Shown here: positions 10,001 through 19,558 of the stretch, piece after piece
How the letters are laid out: each line of letters begins with the position of its first letter
How positions within the stretch are numbered: position 1 is the first letter of the stretch
DNA from: Chitinophagales bacterium
GTDB lineage: Bacteria > Bacteroidota > Bacteroidia > Chitinophagales > Chitinophagaceae
Length of the DNA stretch: 64,000 bases
NCBI GenBank assembly: GCA_038244655.1
Contig: JBBRTG010000010.1
Coordinates: 12,303 to 76,302, forward strand
Direction of reading: 5' to 3'
Notes under the pieces: generated by a model
The model's input: only the letters and a program-made list of their open reading frames with translations
What the model was told of the DNA's origin: nothing
Database searches by the model: none
Made by a program: the position numbers and the translations under genes

Positions 10001-10505
10001 CTATAGAGAATTTACCATCTGTATCTGTTTGCACTGCAGTTCTGCTTCCTTTTACTGTTACTGTAACACCTGCAAGAGGAGCGCCGGCAACATCATTTAC
10101 TACACCTGTTATTGGAGTTGCTGTTATTTTAAATACAGCATTTTTAATATTCTCTGGCTCAGCTTTTACAAGAATAATATTTTGCTTTTCTGTGAAGTGA
10201 AGCCCTGCTTGTTTTGAAATATTGCTGAGCACATCTTTTAACCGTTGCTTACCCGTAGTGAGCTTTATCTCTTTTGAAAGGTTAATATCATTTTCATCAT
10301 ATACAAATGAAAAGGGAGTTTGCTTTTCTATAATTGTGAATACTTGCTGCAACTTTGCGCTGCTGCTATTTATCACCACATACACATCTTTTATAAAAGG
10401 CGTTTTAAAATCATGTGCCTTCAAAGAAAGCACACTCAATACAATAAAAAATGCACTTAATATAATTCTTAAAAGAAAGTAAGTTTTAGAATTGGCTTTT
10501 CCCAT
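7092..10505 (-). CDS. SusC/RagA family TonB-dependent transducer (STN + carboxypeptidase-regulatory-like + plug + barrel)
   Basis: 1137 aa. An N-terminal STN signalling domain follows the signal peptide, then ITGVVNDVAGAPLAGVTVTVKG, a plug, and the terminal barrel strand ending in F. Confidence 0.93.
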   Translation of the reverse strand: MGKANSKTYFLLRIILSAFFIVLSVLSLKAHDFKTPFIKDVYVVINSSSAKLQQVFTIIEKQTPFSFVYDENDINLSKEIKLTTGKQRLKDVLSNISKQAGLHFTEKQNIILVKAEPENIKNAVFKITATPITGVVNDVAGAPLAGVTVTVKGSRTAVQTDTDGKFSIDVPDNGVLVFSTVGYKTIEVSVKGETSLNVQMESTNKELSEVVVVGYQSRRRGDLSGSVSVVNVGGISKLPVLSVDQALEGKVPGVRITQNTGQPGDGVVVRIRGVGTINDNNPLFIVDGIPTKDGINFLSANDIESIVVLKDASSAAIYGSRAANGVVLITTKAGKRGKAQFNYSGYGGFQSHGDLPKMANTAEYVELYNEAADNDNAGVTNPALIRPKIPSTLPIANTDWLKAIFQNGQIQSHQLSVRGGNDKTLYYISGNYFKQDGIILNSSYERYSILSKLNIDLNDKLSIANNINLSYSKKNAIGSSGDGYGGNGGSVVRYALFRTPAIPVYDSAGVYSDLPAYPAFFGDGYNPVALANKTDNKEIQYRVFSNLYAEYKILKNLKFKSDIGLDAIITNDKRFDENYGTNLRINNPSRLTVSTSTNMNIVWNNTLSYNKTFNAVHNVSVLAGTEAISNKNNLHGGADRDFANQTSSFRYLGNGNGLIGSTTSFESQNESALFSLFGNANYSYRNLYLLSANVRRDGSSRFGPDNQYGTFFSGSAGWNAHNEKWVQNHLPAISKLKLRASYGQLGNQEIPDYGFVSIIGNLYNYPFGQTPISNPGSTIATLGNPKVKWESSTQADGGIDVGIWEDKLNLTVDYFIKTTSDMLIPIPFPLIGGSAKPPYLNAGKVQNQGLEVDLNYKNNAHLFKYDVGVNFSTLQNKVLSLSNGQPIAGGRIDNNYNATLTTVGHPIGSFYLYEQEGIFQSAADVFASAYQGKNIQPGDVKFKDQNGDGVINEDDRTFLGSAIPKYTFGATANLEYRNFDLSVFFQGQYGNKIYSQVNMDIEGFYRAFNVTQRVYDQRWHGEGTSNTMPRVSFNGASNNKYPSSRFLEDGSYVRLKNLQIGYTIPGKIVSRFRIKSLRLYVTGQNLWTLTNYTGLDPEMHISDNVKRDTYGGDVGAGIDWGTYPSARSYIVGLNLNF

Positions 10506-10522
10506 AACAGAACTATTTTTTC

Positions 10523-11548
10523 TTAATTATTAATAAAAATTGTATCTCCTGCCGCTGTATTATGTAAATTTTTTATAAGGCAAATATTTTCTATAATTTC
10601 CTTTGCATTTGTGTTTTTAAATTCACCGGTAAACCGCCAGTTTTTCTTATCACTATTATTTATAACGGTTATACGATAAACGCTTTTTAGCCGGGCAGCA
10701 ATTTCTTCAAAACTGTTTTGGCGAAAGCTGACAACCGATTCTGCAGAACTGGAATTCTTATAAAAATGCTTATCATGAAAAACATAGGTAGCCTTTTCAT
10801 CAGAGTTCAGCAATATTGGTGATGTTGCTGCAGGATCTTCAATTTCTACTTTTAATTTGCCTTTTAATAATTCAACAACTATAGCAGAATCACCTGGCTT
10901 TTTTATATTGAATATTGTACCCAATACCGTCGTAACAATATTTTTGGTATGAACTTTAAAAGGAAAATTCTCATTTCTTTTTACATTAAAACCCGCTTCT
11001 CCCTGCAAATAAACCTGCCTGTTTTCCCCTTGAAAAGATGACGGATATTGCAGTGTACTATTAGGAGCAAGAGTTACAATGGTGCTATCGCTTAGAGTAA
11101 AAGTTAAAGCCCTATATCCGCTATTAACTGTTTGATTCAATTGAGATATTTTATTTACAGAATGATGAGTAAATAAAAAATAAGTTGCTGCTGCTGCGAT
11201 GATGAAGAAGCCCAGTATTATGTATGGTATTGATCTTTTTTTGCGGCGACCTGCCTGCGAACTTTTATTCAAGCTTAATAAACGAAATGAAGAACGAGGC
11301 TTTTCTTTATTGATCGCAATTTTTATTCTTTCAAATTCGTCCTGGTATTCTTTTTCATTTAAGGTCAATGAAAGGGACTGAATTATCTCACTTGCATCCG
11401 TTACCATAAATCTTTTAGATGGATTTTTTTTTAGCCATTCCTCCCAAAAAATTCTATCTTTTTCATTTAATTTAAAATGATAATTAATAAAAGATTCATC
11501 TGTTACAAAATCTTCAACTCTATAAATTTCAATAGATTTCCTTTCCAT
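10523..11548 (-). CDS. FecR family anti-sigma factor / transmembrane sensor
   Basis: 341 aa. Cytoplasmic N-terminal region, a single TM (IPYIILGFFIIAAAATYFLF), and a periplasmic FecR domain. Sits between the ECF sigma and the STN-SusC. Confidence 0.85.
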   Translation of the reverse strand: MERKSIEIYRVEDFVTDESFINYHFKLNEKDRIFWEEWLKKNPSKRFMVTDASEIIQSLSLTLNEKEYQDEFERIKIAINKEKPRSSFRLLSLNKSSQAGRRKKRSIPYIILGFFIIAAAATYFLFTHHSVNKISQLNQTVNSGYRALTFTLSDSTIVTLAPNSTLQYPSSFQGENRQVYLQGEAGFNVKRNENFPFKVHTKNIVTTVLGTIFNIKKPGDSAIVVELLKGKLKVEIEDPAATSPILLNSDEKATYVFHDKHFYKNSSSAESVVSFRQNSFEEIAARLKSVYRITVINNSDKKNWRFTGEFKNTNAKEIIENICLIKNLHNTAAGDTIFINN

Positions 11549-11684
11549 AACTTATTAATTCGGGAGTGTAAAAGATTTTTGGTAACAGTATTATAATATA
11601 GTGGAGCAAGAATCTTTTTTTTACCGGGTATTTACAAATTTCTTTTATACATATTTATAATTACTGTAGGATAAATTGAAAAAA

Positions 11685-12242
11685 TTAAGCATGTTGAGCC
11701 ATGCTGATATCTTCACGAAGCCTTTGTATAGAAAGATAAATGGTATTATAAACGGTACGTGTAGTTAAAGTAGTTTTAGCAGCTATTTCAGCATAGCTCA
11801 GGTTTTCAAAGAATTTCAACCTGATTATTTCCAATTGTTTTTTGGTAAGATTATTTAAAGCTCTCGTTAGCTTTTCTTTTTTTTCTTCAGTCTCCTGGAA
11901 TGCAATCAGCAATTCTTCGTAGGAGGTTTCATTGTTTTCACAATCATCCAAAAATTGTTCGGTATATCTTTCTTTTATAATCCTTGCTTGAATACGGCTG
12001 ATTTTTCTTCTAAGCCACGTACAAAGATATGAGCATATATTTTGCACATCATTGTTGATAGAATCTCTCGTATTCCATATTTCAAGAAACATTTCCTGGA
12101 TACAATCTTTAGTAAGTTCTTTGTCACGCGTTAAGCTAAAACCATAAGAAAAAAGAATATTATAGTTTTCCTGGTAAATATTCAGGAAGGCATTTTTGTT
12201 GCCTTCTTTCATGCATATCCAATTATTTTCATTTGCAAGCAT
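11685..12242 (-). CDS. ECF-type RNA polymerase sigma-70 family factor
   Basis: 185 aa. Region 2 (FLEIWNTRD...) and a region 4 HTH (LSYAEIAAKTTLTTRTVYNTIYLSIQRLR). Confidence 0.85.
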   Translation of the reverse strand: MLANENNWICMKEGNKNAFLNIYQENYNILFSYGFSLTRDKELTKDCIQEMFLEIWNTRDSINNDVQNICSYLCTWLRRKISRIQARIIKERYTEQFLDDCENNETSYEELLIAFQETEEKKEKLTRALNNLTKKQLEIIRLKFFENLSYAEIAAKTTLTTRTVYNTIYLSIQRLREDISMAQHA

Positions 12243-12808
12243 CGTTTGTCGTTCGGTAAAGAAATGAAGTTAATTATAATCACCCGACACAAGTTAAAGA
12301 AATTATGACAGTAATGAATATATGTTTTTCTGTAATTTTTATTCAGCATACTTCTGTATAATTTACAGAAAGCACTGCATTCAAAATGATTACAATTCAC
12401 TAAACAAGGCTTAATTATTCCCACATGTAATTTATCAATGACACAAAATACGTTTACAGAACTACTAAAAATTGTTATTTCTACGTTCTTCTATTCGTAT
12501 AAATACTATAAAAACAGTAAATACAATACATGCAAAACAGAGCAGTAACGCTCTTGTGCAGGGTGTGCAGGCCGTGTATCTTTGTTCCAGAAGTTGATTG
12601 ATGTTCAACAAACATTAATCAAAATATCCAAATCCGTTGAAAGAACCATTTCCCTATCCAGGAAAAACCAAACAAAATCCGATATCAGTCAACTTCTTTT
12701 TTTTTAAGTCCAATACCTGTAAATAACAAATTATCTAAAGGAAAACCAGCCGTTAAAATGGCTAATCATTATCCTGAAAAATCGCAAACCCTCCGGAACT
12801 AAATTATT

Positions 12809-12840
12809 AAAGCTTCTGCATTGAATGCAGAAGCTTTTTT
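12809..12840. terminator. strong hairpin terminator (possibly bidirectional)
   Basis: aaagcttctgcatt-g-aatgcagaagcttt, with 14-bp perfect arms, followed by T-rich sequence on the plus strand. Lies 74 nt downstream of the minus-strand TPM gene. Confidence 0.6.
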
Positions 12841-12913
12841 GCGTTTAGCCAACGCCGTTATAAATACTTTTTTATATAGTCGGTTTTATGCGGCCAGACG
12901 GAGACCATCATAT

Positions 12914-13687
12914 CTACCATCCGCCACTTGCCCCTCCTCCTCCTCCTCCGCCGCCGCCGAATCCGCCAAAACCTCCGCCTCCACCGCCAAATCCACCACC
13001 ACTTCCCCGGCCACCACCGCCACCCAGCATATTGCCAAGTATAAACCATGGCAAGCCTCCTAAGCCTCTAGATCCTTTTCTGCTCATATAAGAACCGCCA
13101 CCACCACCGCCACCAAGAAAAGAAATAATAACGAAGAATATAATTGCAAGAAGTATTATAGTTTTAAAAGATAAGCCACCGCTTTTTTTATTAGATGTAT
13201 CTGCTTTGTATTCTCCAGCCGCCGCCTGGATTACTGCATCCACTGCATTATCAAACCCTCTGTAATAATCATTTTCCTTAAAATAAGGAACCATTCTTTC
13301 ATCAATTATTTGTTTGGCAAGTATATCAGGAAGCACACCTTCCATGCCACTGCCTGTTTCAATGCGTGCTTTTCTCTCAGCTTTTGACACAAGAATTAAT
13401 ACGCCATTATTTTTTTCTTTTGTCCCGATACCCCAATCACGCAAATATTTCAATGATAGCTCTGCAATATCATAACCCTGAAGTTCAGGTACTGTAATAA
13501 TTACAATGGCAGATGATGTACTATCATTATAATTTCTAAGTTTTTGTTCTAAGGCTTGTACCTGGAAAGGCTCCAGGAAATGCCCAAAATCATTTACAGC
13601 CTGCGGAGGATTTGGCTTATCAAATATTTTTTGAGCAACAACATGTTTGGCAAATAGCAGCAGAAATATTAAGAGAATTTTCTTCAT
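12914..13687 (-). CDS. TPM domain protein (YgcG-like) with TM segment and Gly-rich C-terminal tail
   Basis: 257 aa. Signal peptide, a TPM phosphatase-like domain (VNDFGHFLEPFQVQALEQKL...IVIITVPELQG), a TM, then ~60 residues dominated by Gly. Confidence 0.8.
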   Translation of the reverse strand: MKKILLIFLLLFAKHVVAQKIFDKPNPPQAVNDFGHFLEPFQVQALEQKLRNYNDSTSSAIVIITVPELQGYDIAELSLKYLRDWGIGTKEKNNGVLILVSKAERKARIETGSGMEGVLPDILAKQIIDERMVPYFKENDYYRGFDNAVDAVIQAAAGEYKADTSNKKSGGLSFKTIILLAIIFFVIISFLGGGGGGGSYMSRKGSRGLGGLPWFILGNMLGGGGGRGSGGGFGGGGGGFGGFGGGGGGGGGASGGW

Positions 13688-13690
13688 GAT

Positions 13691-14146
13691 TTATTTTCCA
13701 AAAATTATTTCATCGGGAAGTTCATTTTTATCAATTGTGGGATCGTATGGAAAATGATTTGCAAGCGCTTCACCTATTTTTAAAACACCTTCTTTAATAC
13801 CAATGGCATAATTCTCTTTATTAAAATGAAAAAGGATTTGCTCTACAACTTCTTTCCAATATTGTTCCCTGGTAGCAGTGTGTATGCCACTATCAGCAAA
13901 GATTGCCAGTTGCCTGTCTTTTAAAGCTACATAAAATAATACCCCGTTACGATGTTCAGTATTTTGCATTATAAGCTGCGAAAAAATTTCTTTCGCCCTG
14001 TCAAGTGCATCTATAAAGCGGCATTTGCTTTCAACAAATACCCGCACTTCGCCGCTTGTTTGTTTTTCGGCATCGCGTATTGCCTGAACAATCATTTCAT
14101 TTTCTTCTTTGGAAAAAAATTCTTTCTTTTTAGATAACGGCCACAT
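13691..14146 (-). CDS. TPM domain protein (cytoplasmic type)
   Basis: 151 aa. FSKEENEMIVQAIRDAEKQTSGEVRVFVE...RNGVLFYVALKDRQLAIFAD is typical of TPM/DUF477 partners of LemA. Confidence 0.75.
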   Translation of the reverse strand: MWPLSKKKEFFSKEENEMIVQAIRDAEKQTSGEVRVFVESKCRFIDALDRAKEIFSQLIMQNTEHRNGVLFYVALKDRQLAIFADSGIHTATREQYWKEVVEQILFHFNKENYAIGIKEGVLKIGEALANHFPYDPTIDKNELPDEIIFGK

Positions 14147-14157
14147 GTAAACGCAGT

Positions 14158-14748
14158 TTATTTTATGTTGAACTGAACATCAGGAGCTTTTTCACTTCCG
14201 GGATCTGATTTATAAAAAGCTTTTTCATGATAGCCAAATATTCCGGCAAAAATGTTATTAGGGAAAGTCTTTACTTTAAGATTGTAGCTCTGAACAGCAG
14301 CATTATAATCTTGTCGTGCAACATTAATCCTGTTTTCCGTTCCTTCAATTTGTGTTTGAAAGCCCTGGAATGCAGCGGTAGTTTTCAAATCAGGATAGGC
14401 TTCAGCAACAGCCATTAACCTTGCAAATGAACTTTGTAAACCTGCCTGTGCAGCCTGGTACCTGCCAAGACTTGCAGAGTCGTTAATGTCAACATTTATT
14501 GAGGTGGCTCTTGCCCTTGCTGCTATTACTTCTTTAAGAGTACTTTTTTCAAAATTAGCAGATCCTTCAATTGTTTTTATAACACTGTTGTAAAGATCTG
14601 TTCTTCGCTGGTAGTTTGTTTCCACGTTGCCCCATTTGGTTTTCACCTGCTGGTCAACACCTATTAAATTATTATAAGCTCCACAGCCCCAAAATAAAAG
14701 GAGCACAATAATTCCAAGTATAACAAATAAGCCAGTTCTTGATTTCAT
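14158..14748 (-). CDS. lemA: LemA family protein
   Basis: 196 aa. N-terminal TM and the LemA signature (YNNLIGVDQQVKTKWGNVETNYQRRTDLYNSV...AYPDLK). Confidence 0.9.
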   Translation of the reverse strand: MKSRTGLFVILGIIVLLLFWGCGAYNNLIGVDQQVKTKWGNVETNYQRRTDLYNSVIKTIEGSANFEKSTLKEVIAARARATSINVDINDSASLGRYQAAQAGLQSSFARLMAVAEAYPDLKTTAAFQGFQTQIEGTENRINVARQDYNAAVQSYNLKVKTFPNNIFAGIFGYHEKAFYKSDPGSEKAPDVQFNIK

Positions 14749-14854
14749 GATTTTGTTTTTTTAGTAAAAAATTAAAGATATATATTTCAATTTTAAAGAA
14801 GGAAGTTTTTCTTTTTTTTATTACACGAATTTTTTTGATACTGAATATCTGCTT

Positions 14855-14910
14855 CCTGATACTTGCATCTTGATACCTGATACTTGATACTTGAAGCTTA
14901 CTTCTTTAAT
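14855..14910. repeat. degenerate heptamer tandem array (cYtgata-like, about 8 units)
   Basis: cctgata cttgcat cttgata cctgata cttgata cttgaag cttactt ctttaat. It ends a few nt from the pgk stop codon. Confidence 0.65.
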
Positions 14911-14916
14911 TATTTC

Positions 14917-16116
14917 TTATTCCTCATTAATGGCTTTAATACCCGGCAATTCTTTTCCTTCAAAATATTCAAGCAATGCGCCACCGCCGGTTGATACAAA
15001 ACTTACTTGATCTGCAAGGCCAAACTGGTTTACTGCCGCAACACTATCACCACCACCCACTAAACTAAATGCACCATTTTTTGTAGCATCGGCAATTGCC
15101 ATAGCAATAGCTTTTGTACCGTGCTGAAAATTTTTCATTTCAAAAACTCCCATTGGCCCGTTCCATAAAATTGTTTTAGAATCATGAATAACCTTGCTAA
15201 AAGTTTCACACGCAATTTCTCCAATATCAAGCCCCATCCAGCCATCAGGTATATTGTTGCTTAACGCCCCGGATATTTCTGCATTAGCATCGAATTTATT
15301 TGCAATTATAGAATCCTGCGGAAGATGCAGGCAAACATTTTTTTCTTTTGCTTTCTCCATTAATTCACGTGCAGTTTCGAGCCTGTCATCTTCGCATAAC
15401 GACTTTCCTATTTTACCACCTTGTGCTTTGTAAAAAGTATAGGCCATGCCGCCACCAATAATAATATCAGTAGCCCTCTCAAGCAGGTTTTCTATAATCA
15501 ATATTTTGTCTGAAACTTTAGCGCCGCCAATAATAGCAAGGAATGGTTTTTCATTGCTATGCAAAACCTTTTCAGCACTTGCTACTTCTTTTTCCATCAG
15601 CAGCCCAAACATTTTTTTATCTGCAGAAAAATATTTTGCAATAACTGCTGTTGATGCATGTGCACGGTGGGCTGTACCAAATGCATCATTAACATAAACA
15701 TCACCCAGCTTGCTTAATTTTTCTGCAAATGCCTCATCGCCTTTTTCTTCTTCTTTATAAAAACGAAGGTTTTCAAGAAGCAATACCTGCCCGGGTTGCA
15801 GGTCTTTTGCTTTTTGTTTTGCATCTTCTCCAATGCAATCATTGGCAAATAAAATTTTAGTATTACCTAAAAGTTCCTGCAAATGTTTTAAAAGATGCTT
15901 CAAAGAATATTTATCTTCATGTCCAGTTTTTGGCCGCCCGAAATGCGACATTAAAATCACACTTCCGCCATCAGAAAGAATTTTTTTAATGGTAGGGACT
16001 GAGGCTTTCATTCTTGTATCATCTGTAATATTAAAATATTCATCAAGCGGTACATTAAAGTCCACACGGATTAAGGCTTTTTTGTTTTTAAAATTGTGAT
16101 CTGAAAATTTGCTCAT
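14917..16116 (-). CDS. pgk: phosphoglycerate kinase
   Basis: 399 aa, full-length PGK sequence (RVDFNVPL..., GGGDS..., STGGGA). Confidence 0.97.
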   Translation of the reverse strand: MSKFSDHNFKNKKALIRVDFNVPLDEYFNITDDTRMKASVPTIKKILSDGGSVILMSHFGRPKTGHEDKYSLKHLLKHLQELLGNTKILFANDCIGEDAKQKAKDLQPGQVLLLENLRFYKEEEKGDEAFAEKLSKLGDVYVNDAFGTAHRAHASTAVIAKYFSADKKMFGLLMEKEVASAEKVLHSNEKPFLAIIGGAKVSDKILIIENLLERATDIIIGGGMAYTFYKAQGGKIGKSLCEDDRLETARELMEKAKEKNVCLHLPQDSIIANKFDANAEISGALSNNIPDGWMGLDIGEIACETFSKVIHDSKTILWNGPMGVFEMKNFQHGTKAIAMAIADATKNGAFSLVGGGDSVAAVNQFGLADQVSFVSTGGGALLEYFEGKELPGIKAINEE

Positions 16117-16478
16117 AGTTCATTTTTTATTTCTACCAATGATTGATTTACCTGCCTTAAAATTGTAATTGCATTTAAAAAATATAAATCAAAGATTTGT
16201 CTCAAAGTTTTATTGGTAACATTACCAATATTAAGATAGAGAATTTTCGGTTTCCCACCTTTTTGATTTTTAATAGTAACAAAATCATAATCTTTAGTTG
16301 TAATAACAATTACATTAGGATTATTAGAAGCTTTCTTAAATACTTCTATGTCGGGAGTTGTTTGGAACCCTAATTCAACAAAAGGTTTTGCAGGAAAGTT
16401 AAATTCTATTTCAATCCAATAAGCTAAACACGAGGGAAGATTCATATCAATCCAAAACTCTAATTTATCAGGCAGCAT
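16113..16478 (-). CDS. DUF5615 family PIN-like (Mut7-C-like) protein, putative toxin
   Basis: 121 aa. WIDMNLP...[11 protein letters not shown] pattern. Overlaps the DUF433 gene by 11 nt and the pgk start by 4 nt (ATGA). Confidence 0.65.
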   Translation of the reverse strand: MLPDKLEFWIDMNLPSCLAYWIEIEFNFPAKPFVELGFQTTPDIEVFKKASNNPNVIVITTKDYDFVTIKNQKGGKPKILYLNIGNVTNKTLRQIFDLYFLNAITILRQVNQSLVEIKNEL

Positions 16479-16725
16479 TGAGTTCGATCTTAATAATTGG
16501 ATGATCTATTTTTTCTGATGCATATAATAAAGATGCCTTAATATCATCAGGTTCTAAAAAAGGGAAGTCGGTAAGCAATTCTTCAGTGGTCATACCTGCA
16601 GCAAGATAGCCCAAAACATCAGCTACCTTAAAACGCATATTTCTGATAATTGGTTTCCCATTAAATATTCCCGGGTTAACGGTGATTCTTTTTAATAGCT
16701 CAGTTTCCATAACTATTTTTTTCAA
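16468..16725 (-). CDS. DUF433 domain protein, putative antitoxin
   Basis: 85 aa. GKPIIRNMRFKVADVLGYLAAGMTTEELLTDFPFLEPDDIKASLLYA is the DUF433 signature. Confidence 0.75.
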   Translation of the reverse strand: MKKIVMETELLKRITVNPGIFNGKPIIRNMRFKVADVLGYLAAGMTTEELLTDFPFLEPDDIKASLLYASEKIDHPIIKIELNAA

Positions 16726-17036
16726 ATTTAAGATTAAAACGGTATTTTAAAATAAAAGAATTGCCTTATTCATCAACTGGGATAAAAGAACTTTCTTAGT
16801 TTATTTTCTTCGTTAAAAAAATCTAAAAAAAATATATTTGCAAAAAAGATTTGATAATATAAATGAATCCCTACTATATTTGTGGGCTATTAAGATGAGG
16901 CATTCAAAAACCATAATTCAGCAATTTTTCATTACCATGATTATTGTTATGTGCAGCCGTTGTATGCCGTAAGGCATTTATATTTAAAACTACCCGTTAA
17001 GGCTTTGCCTTTTTTCCTCAAGGAAATAATTTTTAA

Positions 17037-18383
<1,347 letters not shown>

Positions 18384-18407
18384 ATTTGTGTTACTAAATT
18401 AATTTTT

Positions 18408-18462
18408 ATGACATCACTTGTGACGAAAATCTATCGCAGGTGATGTCATTGTCTTTATTTTT
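18408..18462 (+). terminator. hairpin plus T-rich tract between metY and metX (terminator or attenuator)
   Basis: atgacatcac-N22-gtgatgtcat (10-bp perfect arms), followed by tgtctttattttt. Confidence 0.45.
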
Positions 18463-18485
18463 ACTAATTATTTGAATATATAAAT

Positions 18486-19541
18486 TTGGCTTACAGCATT
18501 TACAAATCCGGTGAATCCTTAACGCTTGAATCCGGATATACATTTCCGGATTATCATCTTGCTTATACAACTTATGGCTCACTTAATAATGCAAAAGATA
18601 ATGCAGTATGGATATTTCATGCACTTACTGCGAATAGTGAAGCAGCCGATTGGTGGCCCGGGCTTGTAGGTGAAGGAAAATTATTTGACCCGGAAAAATA
18701 TTTTATCGTATGTGTAAACATGCCGGGAAGTTGTTATGGAAGCATTGGCCCGCTTGATGAAAATCCCGAAACAGGAGAAGCTTATTATCATGATTTTCCT
18801 TTTTTTACTCCCCGGGATATGATACGCTCCTATCAGCCATTAAAAAATTATTTAGGAATTGAAAAAATAAAAATCGGCATCGGCGGCTCCATGGGCGGAC
18901 AACAATTATTGGAATGGGCAATTGAAGAACCAGACTTGTTTGAATATATTTTTCCTGTGGGGACCAATGCTCAGCACTCATCATGGGGCATAGCTTTTAA
19001 TGCATCACAACGGATGTGCATAGACGCAGATAGAACATGGAAAGAAAAAAATCCTTATGCTGGTATGGAAGGAATGAAAGCAGCCAGAAGCATTGCATTA
19101 ATTTCTTACAGGCATTACGATACCTATCATGCAAGCCAGAGTGAACACAATATTGAGAAGATTGAAAATTATAAAAGTGAGTCGTATCAAAAATACCAGG
19201 GCGAAAAATTAGCAAGAAGATTTAATGCATTCAGTTATTATTTTTTAAGCAAAGGAATGGATTCGCACAATGTTGGCCGCGGCAGAATAAGTGTTGAAAA
19301 TGCTTTGCAAAAAATTAAAGCAAAAACATTGGCGATAGGAATTGTTACAGACATTCTTTTTCCTATAAGTGAGCAAAAATTTATTGCCGATAATATTCCC
19401 GGTGCAAAATTTACAGCCATTGATTCTTTGTACGGGCACGATGGGTTTCTTTTAGAGTTCGACCAGATTCAACATATCATTAATCAATTTTTGACAACAA
19501 AAAAAAAATCTAAAAACCTATCAGCAATTGGCAGGTTGTGA
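18486..19541 (+). CDS. metX: homoserine O-acetyltransferase
   Basis: 351 aa. Alpha/beta-hydrolase MetX sequence (HALTANSEAADWWPGLVG, GGSMGGQQ). TTG start as in the ORF track. Confidence 0.9.
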   Translation: MAYSIYKSGESLTLESGYTFPDYHLAYTTYGSLNNAKDNAVWIFHALTANSEAADWWPGLVGEGKLFDPEKYFIVCVNMPGSCYGSIGPLDENPETGEAYYHDFPFFTPRDMIRSYQPLKNYLGIEKIKIGIGGSMGGQQLLEWAIEEPDLFEYIFPVGTNAQHSSWGIAFNASQRMCIDADRTWKEKNPYAGMEGMKAARSIALISYRHYDTYHASQSEHNIEKIENYKSESYQKYQGEKLARRFNAFSYYFLSKGMDSHNVGRGRISVENALQKIKAKTLAIGIVTDILFPISEQKFIADNIPGAKFTAIDSLYGHDGFLLEFDQIQHIINQFLTTKKKSKNLSAIGRL

Positions 19542-19558
19542 ATTAAATTCAATTTAAA

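Noticed and set aside
12821-13091. Three overlapping ORFs (12821-13063 +, 12858-13049 -, 12888-13091 +), including a striking poly-proline protein.
   Set aside because: They are alternative-frame or antisense readings of the GGN-rich tract that encodes the Gly tail of the TPM protein (12914-13687). They are low-complexity artefacts with no independent support.
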